Below, piece after piece: positions 52,996-64,000 of a stretch of 64,000 bases of DNA. Position numbers and translations under genes: made by a program. The first letter of the stretch is position 1, and every line of letters starts with the position of its first letter. Source of the stretch: Octopus sinensis (Eukaryota); contig NC_042997.1 of NCBI RefSeq assembly GCF_006345805.1, positions 16,120,001 through 16,184,000 of the forward strand, read 5' to 3'. The notes beneath the pieces were generated by a model. It did no database searches and was not told the origin of the DNA. It saw only the letters and a program-made list of their open reading frames with translations.

Positions 52996-53040
52996 CACAC
53001 GGACTCGAGTTTCGAGGTATTGACCTCTCGTCAGCGTGTG
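52996..53040 (-). ncRNA. Intact minimal type I hammerhead ribozyme
   Basis: CACACG-CTGACGA-GAGGT-CAAT-ACCTC-GAA-ACTCGAGT-C-CGTGTG. Confidence 0.9.
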
Positions 53041-53343
53041 ACAATCATGTTGTCGCCGAGATTAGATTTCCTTCACAAATACTTATACTTTTTCCAGCGC
53101 CCACTGTCGCTGATATTGAAAAAGTGAAATCAAACAATGATAAATATCAAAGTGAGTTATATACAGTAGCGGTAACACATCGTGACGTATTTTTGCCATT
53201 TCATATGGCTAACCCAAGGGTGGATGCTACGTTAGTTTTTAGCCCCAGGAGGACACACTCCTCCAGCTGGCCATAGACACACTATCTGTGTCCTGTCAGT
53301 ATTTGCAAAGGGAAGTCATCCTTCCCGTCTTCAACTTATGATA

Positions 53344-53388
53344 CACACGGACTCGAGTTTCGAGGTATTGACCTCTCGTCAGCGTGTG
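53344..53388 (-). ncRNA. Intact minimal type I hammerhead ribozyme (identical second copy)
   Basis: 45/45 nt identical to 52996-53040. Confidence 0.9.
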
Positions 53389-53575
53389 ACAATCATAGTT
53401 GTCGCCGAGAATTAGATTTCCTTCACAAATACTTATACTTTTTAATATAATATACTATTATATATATATATATAATTTCTAAATTTCTCTTAATGCTATT
53501 ACATTATAACTATGCTAAATAATAATAGTCCTCTTTTCTATTGTGGATCTGATTACCACCCCTATATTATTTTAT

Positions 53576-53713
53576 TTGAGGTAAACCAGTGTATTACTTC
53601 ATCAGTGTTATTCCATAATTTAAGAGATAATCTAGGAATTAAAAGGGATAAAACAATATCAAGAATGGATTTACTAAGCCGACCGATATAAGATCTAATC
53701 GGACAAATAAGGC
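53576..53713 (-). repeat. 138-bp exact copy of PLE RT segment 51509-51646
   Basis: Direct comparison shows no difference. Confidence 0.9.
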
Positions 53714-54115
53714 AGTTGGACTTACTGAACTTACTGTATATCATATATTTTTGAAAATATTCATCACATTACACCGTGCGCGTTCTTTCATTTGAATGCC
53801 CTCGTGACATTCAAAAACGAACATAAAGTATATTGATACAAGAATGTCTGTCTGTCTTGCTTGTGTAGTTCATATAAGGTAAGCTTATTTCAGTTATATT
53901 CGGTGCATTCACCGTGTGTATTTTAATAGTGAGAAATTTGTGGTTTTGGAATGTTAGCTCTTATTTCTAGCAAGTGGTATTCTGATACCCGACTTAATTT
54001 ATTTTTATATTTTACCTAAATAGGTGTAAACTTGCTGGCCACTTTATTATTATTATTATTATTAATGATAATAATACATTATACCTTATTTAATGATATA
54101 TATAAATATATATAA

Positions 54116-54197
<82 letters not shown>

Positions 54198-54200
54198 ATG

Positions 54201-55460
54201 CAGTGAATAAATTGTCGAAATTACTCAAAAATGACAATAACACTGACATCTCATTTTAACAGATATATTTACCAAAATTAGATAAAAATATCTTGACGTA
54301 CGAAAGAGTAACTTTATTCAATAAAATCGCCATTGACTTCAACCACGGCCTTCAGACGACTTCGGAATCCTCTGCAACTCTTCTCGACAGTCTCCTTGTT
54401 TAAGTTGGTAAATACTGCCACAATTCTTACCTTCAGTTCACCTTTGGTGCTACAAGGAGTTTTGTTGACTTCTCGCTCAACTGTGCCCCACACATGATAA
54501 TCAAGGAGTTTGCAGTCTGGGGAAACATCACCCCTAACGTCTGGACATTAGTCCAGACGTTAGGGGTGATGTGGGCACAGAAATTGTCTGATAGCCATAA
54601 CTAGATTCTCTTGCTGGTGAGGCATGGTGCAGAGTCCTGTTGCCAGACATAGAGTCTTCCAGCACCCACTCTCTTCACCCACAGTAACACTACCACCTCC
54701 AGGCACTTGATGTAGGCCTCCGTTTTAAGTGTAAGGTCATGTGAGAAGGTGAATAGATGCATAAGGTCGGCATCACTAGTGATCACTTCAAACACAAACA
54801 TCATGGTGTTGGCTGGATGTTTGAGTTTTATCACCCTCGGTACATGCTTTGGGAACACGGTAATCCAAAAGTTGTTCTGTATGTTCACTATCTGATCTTG
54901 ACAGAAATTTTTCTTGTCTGAGGAAAACCATAACATGTTCGGTTGAAGATGCTTCGTAGTGCAGTCTTTCCTCCCATCCTTGATATAAAAATTGGATCCT
55001 TTCTCATCTTGTATGAGGAATACCGAATGTCTTCGTGCACTACTTGATAAGAAACTCAGTCACTCCCATGTCCCTGGCGACGGGCCTGATTGACTTGTAG
55101 GGATCGTGGTCAATCATGGCCTGGATCTCACCAACAAATTCAGGATTTCTTTTCTTATCAGAACCGGAGTGAGTTTTCCGAGCTGCCGTACCTTCGCAAT
55201 CACCATTGGACTCATCCAACATTTTCTGAATCCTCTGCACTGTCCTTAGATTCACACTCAAGCACTGTTCGTAAAAATGTTCGTATTGGAGCATGTCGTT
55301 TCCAAATTTCCGGCAGAGTGAAGTGCGTCGTGGTGCTGTTTTTCTTTCAGACAGTGCTCAACTGACCCAACTATACTGTGTAGCCGACAAAATCAAAATG
55401 AAACAATGCGCATGCGCAAAATAAAAAATATAAAATGGCGACATTTTACCCATTGCACAT
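54201..55460 (-). mobile_element. Tc1/mariner (DD37D/maT-like) element, near full length, decayed
   Basis: WFSSDKKNF, KHPANTMMF, YVWQQDSAPC catalytic motifs; N-terminal HTH-like region NLRTVQRI. Confidence 0.85.
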
Positions 55461-55498
55461 GATGTGTGTGTGTGTGCATGCATGTGCGTGTGTGCATG

Positions 55499-55533
<35 letters not shown>

Positions 55534-55689
55534 CTGCGTACATTTAAGGAATTACGTAGAAACCTAGAATTTTGTCAAAACACTTAAAATATTTAAAATA
55601 TGTTTCTTTAGTGTTTGCATTATTCTACCAAAATTAATCCTTTTTCATCCACTTTGTTTTGAACTAATCATGCATTATCTTGTAACTAT

Positions 55690-55827
55690 GAGAATTTGAT
55701 GAGGTAGCTTTTAATTTTTAAAACGATATTGTCGGGTTGGTGTGAGAGACCTGATCTGGCCAGTTTGAACATAAAACAGGCAGAATACTTTTGGCCGGAT
55801 ATGACCGGTTTAAATGCTAAAGGGTTA
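55690..55827 (-). mobile_element. Possible piggyBac-like MITE terminus
   Basis: Minus strand begins TTAA|CCCTTAGCATTTAAACCGG; the other end was not found. Confidence 0.3.
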
Positions 55828-56091
55828 AAATATTTTTCGAGATGTACTGATGCAGTTATCATGGAATAGATAGAATGTGTCAAAAATCCCTTTCATGCAA
55901 GTTGGTTAGGGCACATAAATGTGAAAAGTCGGATATATTCAGCTGTAATTTGAAATGGAATATGTCTACTTGTGTACAAATAGATATTTTATCTACATGC
56001 ATACAAACGCGTACGCAAAGTCATTCATATACATACACATACTTATATAAATAATTCATTGAATATCCGCACACACACGAGTCGACATATG

Positions 56092-56158
<67 letters not shown>

Positions 56159-56186
56159 ATATATAAATATATGTAAATATATATAG

Positions 56187-56248
<62 letters not shown>

Positions 56249-57491
56249 GATATATATGATATTATAATGTATATACATATGAATAGACATACAACATACA
56301 TACGTGTATACGTATAAATGCATATAGGATGACACGAAAATTCGTGAAGCGTTCTATATTACACATACATATATATTTATACTTACATGCGCACACACAT
56401 ATATACATGCTTTTACGCACGCACACACACACGCACACAGACATATATACATGCTTTTACGCACGCACACACACATACACACACAAATATATTAATGCAG
56501 ATGCAGTCCCTATTATAAAATATAATGACCTTAAGCAAAACCGGCCCCCACAAATTGCTTGTAATTTTCACTTTATAGTTAAATGTCATCAACAACCAAC
56601 GCCTAATTTCACCAACTTTGCTTTGTTAAAGCTACTAGACCGATTTATGCGTGTACTTTAACGCATCCTTATTTCAAACGTTGTGCTTCAACATTTTAAG
56701 TTCGAGCAGCCAACTAATCCAACGGTGAACGGAAATATAGGTACTGGGGAAAAAAAACAAAAAAAAAACAGTTCCATATTTGGCAACAAAGTCACCGGGA
56801 AAATGTAACATGGGCTTTATCAACTGCATTCCAACAACTGAAACGTAAAAAAGGTATAAAATATTGCCTTAGTAACTATATACAATGGATAAAATAATAC
56901 AAAATTTAAGTCGCCTTTTAGCCGATAATACGTTGTTTTTACATAATCATTGCACAATTTATATATATTGGTGTTAAGTATATGAAAAAATAATAGTTTT
57001 ATTCGATGTCTTAATTATATGAACGAAACAAAAGCAAAATATCAAATTAGTCGTTTATTGAAGTTTTCCTGTGATATTTTTCTGTGATTTTTTCCAGTTA
57101 TATTTTTCCTGTGAATTTTTCCTGGATTTAAATTAACAGCGCCAAAAATCAATTATCTCTCGTTGTCGTTACCAGTTTTTAATCATCGACGCATATTATT
57201 TTCTATTCACTTGACGGATCTGTCATTCATCTTGGCAAATTCAGCTATCATCAACTTTAATGAGTGGTTATATTAACGTTCAACCATGAATGCAACCTAG
57301 ATTTGAGCTGCAGATAATTAATATTTCTTCTTTTTATGAACGTGGAATAATTGGGTGGAGAAGGAAAATCACCGAGCTAAATAGTTTATAGAACCTATAT
57401 TGTCCTTTATGATATCGGGTTCAATTTTGACTAAATTCTCTTAATTCATCCTCTTGACATCGAGAAAATTGTGTGTGTGAGAGAGAAAGAG

Positions 57492-57534
<43 letters not shown>

Positions 57535-57909
57535 ATGAGGAACTAAGTACCAGCCCTTCAGCTAATTGCTGATACAATCCATTATACGCCACCTTCGTTG
57601 TTTTTTTACATAGTATGGCGACGGACAAAATAAATATCTTGCGACATGTAGCTACGACTCGAATACCGTTTTAGTATCAAATCCCGCCAAGGTCAATTTG
57701 GCCTTTCGTTCTTCCCAAGTCAATAAAATAAAAGTACCAATCAAGTACCAGAGATTGATTAATGTTCCAATAAAACATTCAAGACATGAAAGGAATTGTC
57801 ACACATATAATTCGTTTAATTCTACAGACAAATTATTCGCATTCATAGAGAAGGCTAATAGTTCGTTAAATTTTGTTTTTGGTTTATATTTGCCTTTGCT
57901 TCTTTGTAG

Positions 57910-58488
57910 TCAGGCGCAGGCATGGCTATGTGGTCAAAAACCTCGCTTTGTAACCACGTGGTTTCGGATCCAGTCCCACCGAAAACCATTTCCGATAAGT
58001 GTCTTTTACAAAGGCACTGGGCTGACCAAAGCTTGTGAGTGAATTTGGTAGACGGAAACTGTGAAATCGCGTCATATGTACATATAGATATATTCTTTTT
58101 TTTTTCTTTTACTTGTTTCAGTCATTTGACTGCGGCCATGCTGGAGCACCGCCTTTAGTCGAGCAACTCGATCCCAGAATATATTCTTTATAAGCCTAGT
58201 ACTTATGCTATCGGTCTCTTTTGCCGAACCACTAAGTTATGGAAACGTAAACACATCAACATCGGTTGCCACGCGATAGTTGAAGGACAAACGCAGACAC
58301 ACAAACATACACACACACACAGACACACGCATACGACGGGTTTCTTTCAGTTTCCGTCTACCAAATCCACTCACAAGGCTTTGGTCATCTCGAGGCAATA
58401 GTAGAACACACCTGCCGAAGATTCCACGCAGTGGGACTGAACCCGGAGCCATGTGGTTGGGAAGCAAGCTTTTTACCACACAGCCACA
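57910..58488. mobile_element. SINE A 5' half (+) followed by a full SINE A (-)
   Basis: 57910-58070 plus strand; 58095-58488 minus strand. Confidence 0.8.
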
Positions 58489-58528
58489 ACTATATATATA
58501 CATATGTATGTGTGTGCTTGTTTGTTTT

Positions 58529-58589
<61 letters not shown>

Positions 58590-59008
58590 TGTGTATAATT
58601 TGATGTGCCATGCACAAAATTCTCAGCCCTTAAATCACTTTTGGTATATCTGCAGATTAAAAAACAATTCGATTTATGTTGTGCTGACGATTCCAAAGAA
58701 GGACGAAATGGTGCTATACATGATTACTAATGACTGGAAATTTAAAGATTTTTTTTAATGTGTTGAAAAAGAAAACGGTAAAGTTATATACACCGTGAAC
58801 CTTCTTCACACCTTGACTTAAAATTCAAACTTCCAATCCCGTCTTAACTTAAGGGATTGTCTGCCCCACGACAGCTCACTTCTAGATGGCCACAGCACGT
58901 GTAAATGATATACACTTATTCTTGTACTGAGTTCTCTTTACCTGAGTTGTTCAGCTAAATTTTCTTTCTCTCTCTATCATTGTCTGTCTGTCAGTCGTTA
59001 TGTCTGTC

Positions 59009-59042
<34 letters not shown>

Positions 59043-59302
59043 ACACACATACAGACATACACAGCGTAAGAAGATTACTTCCCTACCGCATGGTTCAGTG
59101 GCTTAGTCTCACTGCGTGGTACTTACCACACAGCCACTTCTATACATATATATATGAACCTTTAGATCCTTCTAGATTCTTCTACATTCAGCCACTCTGA
59201 CGTCACTCCTTATAAACAGACACTCATTATCGCCATGGACTCTTTGAGAGCAGTCAGCTAAAATTTTTTTGTGCATTTTGATGTCGACATAAGTTCCTTG
59301 CC

Positions 59303-59383
59303 TTTCCTGATGAGAAATCTGCATAATGTACTCCTTATTCCTTCGGAATTAGGAATATGCAGCCTTCGAAACATATGTCGAAA
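59303..59383 (+). ncRNA. Intact type I hammerhead ribozyme in a PLE pseudo-LTR-like segment (about 59150-59600)
   Basis: TTTC-CTGATGA-GAA..CTGCATA...TATGCAG..TTC-GAA-ACATATGT-C-GAAA; downstream flank homologous to 5372-5580. Confidence 0.8.
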
Positions 59384-59588
59384 ATAAAGGAAATTTGTTA
59401 ACAAGTCGTTCAACTCCATTCTTTCATATACTTATAATTTTTAAATAAACATACAAATTTCCGCACGAAAGCACGTAGTCTATGCCCTAGGGACGTAACT
59501 TCGACCGTGTTCTTTCTGATGTGAATTTGCTACCCAGGTATCGGTTATCTTTCGAATTGTCCTTAATAAGATAATTCATTCAACTACT

Positions 59589-59621
<33 letters not shown>

Positions 59622-59625
<4 letters not shown>

Positions 59626-59761
59626 ATTCTAGGATGGAATTTATAAATATTTAATACACCGCTATGCGCGTTTCCACAAATCACATGATTTTAACAACAT
59701 TTTAGCATCATCACGTAGTGGTATATTAAATATTTATAAATTCCATCATCCTAGAATTATT
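59622..59761. repeat. Short foldback with arms of about 43 bp
   Basis: 59622-59664 pairs with 59716-59761. Confidence 0.75.
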
Positions 59762-59958
59762 GTTACACTTATATTTATCCTACATTATATCGGTATAACC
59801 ATGATGCAATCCTGAAAAACTTACTAGTCCGTATCATTAGACGATATGCGCCAAAATGAAATAGCAGCTTATTTGCATACAACCCTAATGTTATCATAAA
59901 CGAATTTAATATATATATATATATGAGTGTGTGTGTGTGTGTGTGAGTGAGTGTGTGT

Positions 59959-60008
<50 letters not shown>

Positions 60009-60377
60009 GTGTGAAAATAGAAAAGGGTTCTTTTTAAAGTTACTCACTATTCAACAAAACTTTTTAGAAGTCAAAATGTCGCAATCCTTTGGGGAAGAAG
60101 TTTTCGTATAGTGTGTGCTTTCTTTGTTCAACCTCTGAAACACACGTGTTCTGGGCTAATGTGTATTGAGGAGTTGATTTTAGCAATGGTGTTAATTATT
60201 TCCGGCTTAGTTTCGGATTTATAATTTCATAAAGTATTCTTTTGCCCTTCGCAGTTTATCGTTTATCGTCTTTTATTTTGTAAAAATGGAATATATGAGG
60301 TAGTCATTTTGAACTATTGGAAAACGTGAGAGAGAATGATATTGATTAAAAGGGGTCAGGTAGGTATGCTTGTATAT

Positions 60378-61432
60378 ATTCATTCTTACTCTAGGCACAA
60401 GGCCCGAAATTTTGGGGGAGAGGGGCCAGTCGATTGGATCGCCCCCAAGTACGCAAGGATGAAAGGCAAAGTCGACCTCGGCGGAATTTGAACTCAGAAC
60501 GTAAAGATAGACGAAATACCTATTTCTTTACTACCCACAAGGGGCTAAACACAGAGAGGACAAACGGATTAAGTCGATTATATCGACTCCAGTGCGTAAC
60601 TGGTACTTATTTAATCGACCCCGAAAGGATGAAAGGCAAAGTCAACCTCGGCGGAATTTGAACTCAGAACGTAAAGATAGACGAAATACCTATTTCTTTA
60701 CTACCCACAAGGGACTAAACACAGAGAGGACAAACGGATTAAGTCGATTATATCGTCCCCAGTGCATAACTGGTACTTATTAAATCGACCCCCCGAAAGG
60801 ATGAAAGGCAAAGTCGACCTCGGCGGAATTTGAACTCAGAACGTAAAAATAGACGAAATACCTATTTCTTTACTACCCACAAATGGCTAAACACAGAGAG
60901 GACAAACGGATTAAGTCGATTATATCGACCCCAGTGCGTAACTGGTACTTATTAAATCGACCCCCCGAAAGGATGAAAGGCAAAGTCGACCTCGGCGGAA
61001 TTTGAACTCAGAACGTAAAGATAGACGAAATACCTATTTCTTTACTACCCACAAGGGGCTAAAACACAGAGAGGACAAACGTATTAAATCGATTATATCG
61101 ACCCCAGTGCGTAACTGGTACTTATTTAATCGACCCCCCGAAAGGATGAAAGGCAAAGTCGACCTCGGCGGAATTTGAACTCAGAACGTAAAGATAGACG
61201 AAATACCTATTTCTTTACTACCCACAAGGGGCTAAACACAGAGAGGACAAAACGGATTAAGTCGATTATATCGACCCCAGTGCGTAACTGGTACTTATTT
61301 AATCGACCCCCCCCCCCCGAAAGGATGAAAGGCAAAGTCGACCTCGGCGGAATTTGAACTCAGAACGTAAAGACAGACGAAATGCCGCTACGTATTTTGC
61401 CCGGTGTGCTAACGCTTCTCCCAGCTCGCCGC
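60378..61432 (-). repeat. SINE B-derived tandem array, six B-box units of 170-179 bp
   Basis: GAATTTGAACTC at 60484, 60654, 60826, 60998, 61171 and 61350; single head at the 61432 end. Confidence 0.95.
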
Positions 61433-61841
61433 TTCATACTCGTACATATTCGTACATATAATCCGTCTGTCTATTTGTGTACTCTCGAAATAGAGGATAA
61501 AAGTTGTAGAAGGCGACGAACAAGGAGAACAGATGCATATGTTGCAGATTTTATTACAGCAATTTAAAATTAAAAGAAAAATAACGAAGAAAATAATATC
61601 AACAATACTATTTAATGAATTTTTAACTATATACAGATGGCGTCTTTTTTTTTTTGTTTTGTTTTGTTTTTTTCTTCAACTTTTCATCCTACTTTCGGAT
61701 CTGATGAGACAAGATTTCCTATTTAGGATCTCCTTACACTTTGAAATAAATGTGAGTACAGCTAACACCTGACTACAGCAAAGAAGATCTTTTACTAACC
61801 TCTAAAAGGATTCAAATGGGTGTTATCAACGTTTATATATA

Positions 61842-61871
<30 letters not shown>

Positions 61872-61879
<8 letters not shown>

Positions 61880-62176
61880 ATCACGTGACCGACCAGACCA
61901 TCAGATGTTTTACACATCGCTGGTCACAATGCGTTCGCATTGTTTTAGCCTTCGAATGACGCCACCCCGCTGGCTAAGCGAGCAGGCCAACAGAAGAAAG
62001 AGTGAAAGAAAGAGTGGTGAAAGAGTACAGCAGGGATCACCACCCCCTCTCGGAGCCTCGTGGAGCTTTTAGGTGTTTTCGCTCAATAAACACTCACAAC
62101 ACCCGGTCTGGGAATCGAAACCGCGATCCTACGACCGCGAGTCCGCTGCCCTAACCACTAGGCCATTGCGCCTCCA
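61872..62176 (-). mobile_element. SINE C head with an alternative tail
   Basis: Head and body as at 11306, but the tail ends GTCGGTCACGTGAT; the same terminus appears at positions 1-14. Confidence 0.75.
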
Positions 62177-62255
62177 CACACACACACACACACACATATA
62201 TATACATGCGTCTTTCATTTGCCATATATATGTGTGTTTGTGTGTGTATGTAAAC

Positions 62256-62640
62256 TTGGCCACCGGCTCAAGAACACGAGGACAACCTCATCTGCGTTTC
62301 AAGAACGTCTGCAAGAGAGATATGAAGTCACTTGATCTGGATGTCCTGAGATGGGAAGAGGTCGCAAATGATCGCCCACGCTGGAGATAAATTCTGTGGA
62401 AAAGGATGAAGCAAGGAGAAGAAAAACAGGAACTCGCCACTAAAGAAACTGCACTCGATGGAAGGAAAAAACCAGTAACACCAGCAGAAAGCTCAGTCAA
62501 ATGCAGTTGTTGTATACGTGACTGTCACTCCCGTGTGGGCCTCTACAGTCACAACAGACTCTGCAGCACCATCAGCAGCTGAAACCGTTTCTTCGGGTGC
62601 AGATCTATGATCTCTCGAGACCGTCGGATGCCTACTACTA
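62256..62640 (+). mobile_element. RTE-clade LINE 3' end
   Basis: LATGSRTRGQPHLRFKNVCKRDMK..WEEVANDRPRW...CSCCIRDCHSRVGLYSHNRLC; ends GGATGCC followed by (TAC)n. Confidence 0.85.
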
Positions 62641-62696
62641 TATGTGTGCATGTGTGTGTGTACTTTTTGTTTATATATCAAGTTATATATGAAATC

Positions 62697-63084
62697 GAGG
62701 TGCAATGGCCCAGTGGTTAGGGTAGCGGACTCGCGGTCGGACGATCGCGGTTTCGATTCCCAGACCGGGCATTGTGAGTGTTTATTGAGCGAAAACACAT
62801 AAAAAAGCTCCACGAGGCTCCGGCAGGGGGTGGTGGTGAACCCTGCTGTACTCTTTCACCACAACTTTCTCTCGCTCTTTCTTCCTGTTTCTCTTGTACC
62901 TGTATTTCAAAGGGCCAGCCTTGTTATACTCTGTGTCACACTGAATCTCCTCGAGAACTACGTTAAGAGTACACGTGTCTGTGGAGTGCTCAACCACTTG
63001 CACGTTAATATCACGAGCAAGCTGTTCCGTTGATCGTATCAGCTGGGACCCTCATCGTCGCAACCGACGGAGTGCTCCTACTAC
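62697..63084 (+). mobile_element. SINE family C
   Basis: 13-bp target duplication TATATATGAAATC at 62684-62696 and 63085-63097; (CTA)n tail. Confidence 0.9.
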
Positions 63085-63488
63085 TATATATGAAATCAAA
63101 TTTAACTTTAAACTGAAAGATTATTCAATGCTTTTTAATAGAGTACATATCTATTAACTTTTACAAGACAGGAATAAGGAAATTTGGTGAAGGCAAGGCC
63201 GAATCTTCGAAGTTACTGTCAACATTATTTTGTTAATTTATATATCAACCTTTCTCTGGCTTTTTACTTCTGTTCTCTCTCTCTCTCTCTCTCATGTTTT
63301 CTCACAGACCAGCGTACTGGTTTTTCAATACATCTAACGATATGCACTGAGTCTAAAAGATTGCTTGGAGATATAAGCCACTTTATATATGTCCTTTGTA
63401 AATTGTGTATATTGAATGATATTAATCTCTTACTTGTTTTACTGATCATACTTATAACGGAACAGTAAACCAAACACACACACACACG

Positions 63489-63552
<64 letters not shown>

Positions 63553-63668
63553 TACACAGACACACACACACACACACACATGATGTATATTTATATCGTT
63601 GCTATTATGCAAAAGCGTTGAAAGTCCAAAAAATTTCCTTTTTCAGAAAACGAAAAAAATAGTTTCAC

Positions 63669-63766
63669 CATTCCATAGCAAAACCGTTGTACTACACTTT
63701 GACAATTTTTGGATATCTTGGCATCTGCAGCAACTGGAGACACAATAGTTTGACCGATAGAACCAG
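63669..63766 (-). CDS. Weak candidate exon (98 nt, phase 1-0)
   Basis: Acceptor TTCTTTTTGCTTCCAATAG, donor G|GTGAAA, open frame xGSIGQTIVSPVAADAKISKNCQSVVQRFCYGM. Confidence 0.25.
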
Positions 63767-64000
63767 CTATTGGAAGCAAAAAGAACTATGAAAAAAAAGC
63801 ATTTGAAATAAAATGTCACAAATAAAATTTATGACCGAAGCATTTTACGAGGTTACTACATAATAAAGATTCCAAAATTGATAAAATATTTTGTTCTGTT
63901 CTCAAAAAAACTTGGTTACTTAATAGATTTATGAACACCCTCCTTTCTCATCTTCTGATTGCAAAACAAACAAAAATATAGCCAATATATATTTTTCTTT

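Larger units (their letters stand above)
52833..53443 (-). mobile_element. Head-to-tail unit of about 349 bp (1.75 copies) with one HHR per unit; retrozyme/pseudo-LTR-like
   Basis: 52833-53093 repeats at 53182-53443; TA/AT-rich flanks; no coding signal. Confidence 0.8.

Noticed and set aside
58680-58720. Hammerhead-like CTGACGA-TTCC...GGAC-GAAATGGTGCTA
   Set aside because: Mismatches at the base of stem II and in stem III; counted only as a possible relic, not called as a feature.
60048-60134. Minus-strand exon with TTTCAG acceptor and GTGAGT donor
   Set aside because: All three frames contain a stop codon.
61701-61760. CTGATGA followed by a hairpin and GAAAT
   Set aside because: No stem II closure, stem III or NUH triplet. 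The same applies to CTGANGA hits near 7478, 14943, 32514, 43414 and inside Helitrons.

Overview
AT-rich, microsatellite-saturated animal genomic DNA. It is most likely a coleoid cephalopod such as Octopus, inferred from recalled tRNA-derived SINE families and not confirmed by a search. There is no complete protein-coding gene, and most ORF-track entries are translations of microsatellites or SINEs. Contents: more than 30 copies of 3-4 tRNA-derived SINE families; degraded CR1-, RTE- and Jockey-like LINE pieces; two DD37D/maT-like mariner remnants; four complete non-autonomous Helitrons; two GG-terminated foldback elements with 8-bp target duplications; two Penelope-like element (PLE) ORF remnants, each bracketed by inverted repeats; and two or three candidate isolated exons on the minus strand. 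The main hidden layer is about 14 type-I hammerhead ribozyme (HHR) motifs found by manual folding. The best is a 348-nt head-to-tail unit with two identical, fully canonical HHRs (52833-53443, minus strand), which has the architecture of a retrozyme-like circular-RNA element. It sits beside a third intact HHR and a PLE reverse transcriptase remnant. Also notable: a palindrome carrying one HHR on each strand (5067-5433), an A6U-core minimal HHR family, and SINE-derived tandem arrays with locus-specific variants. All coordinates were counted by hand; SINE and LINE boundaries may be off by about 10 nt.
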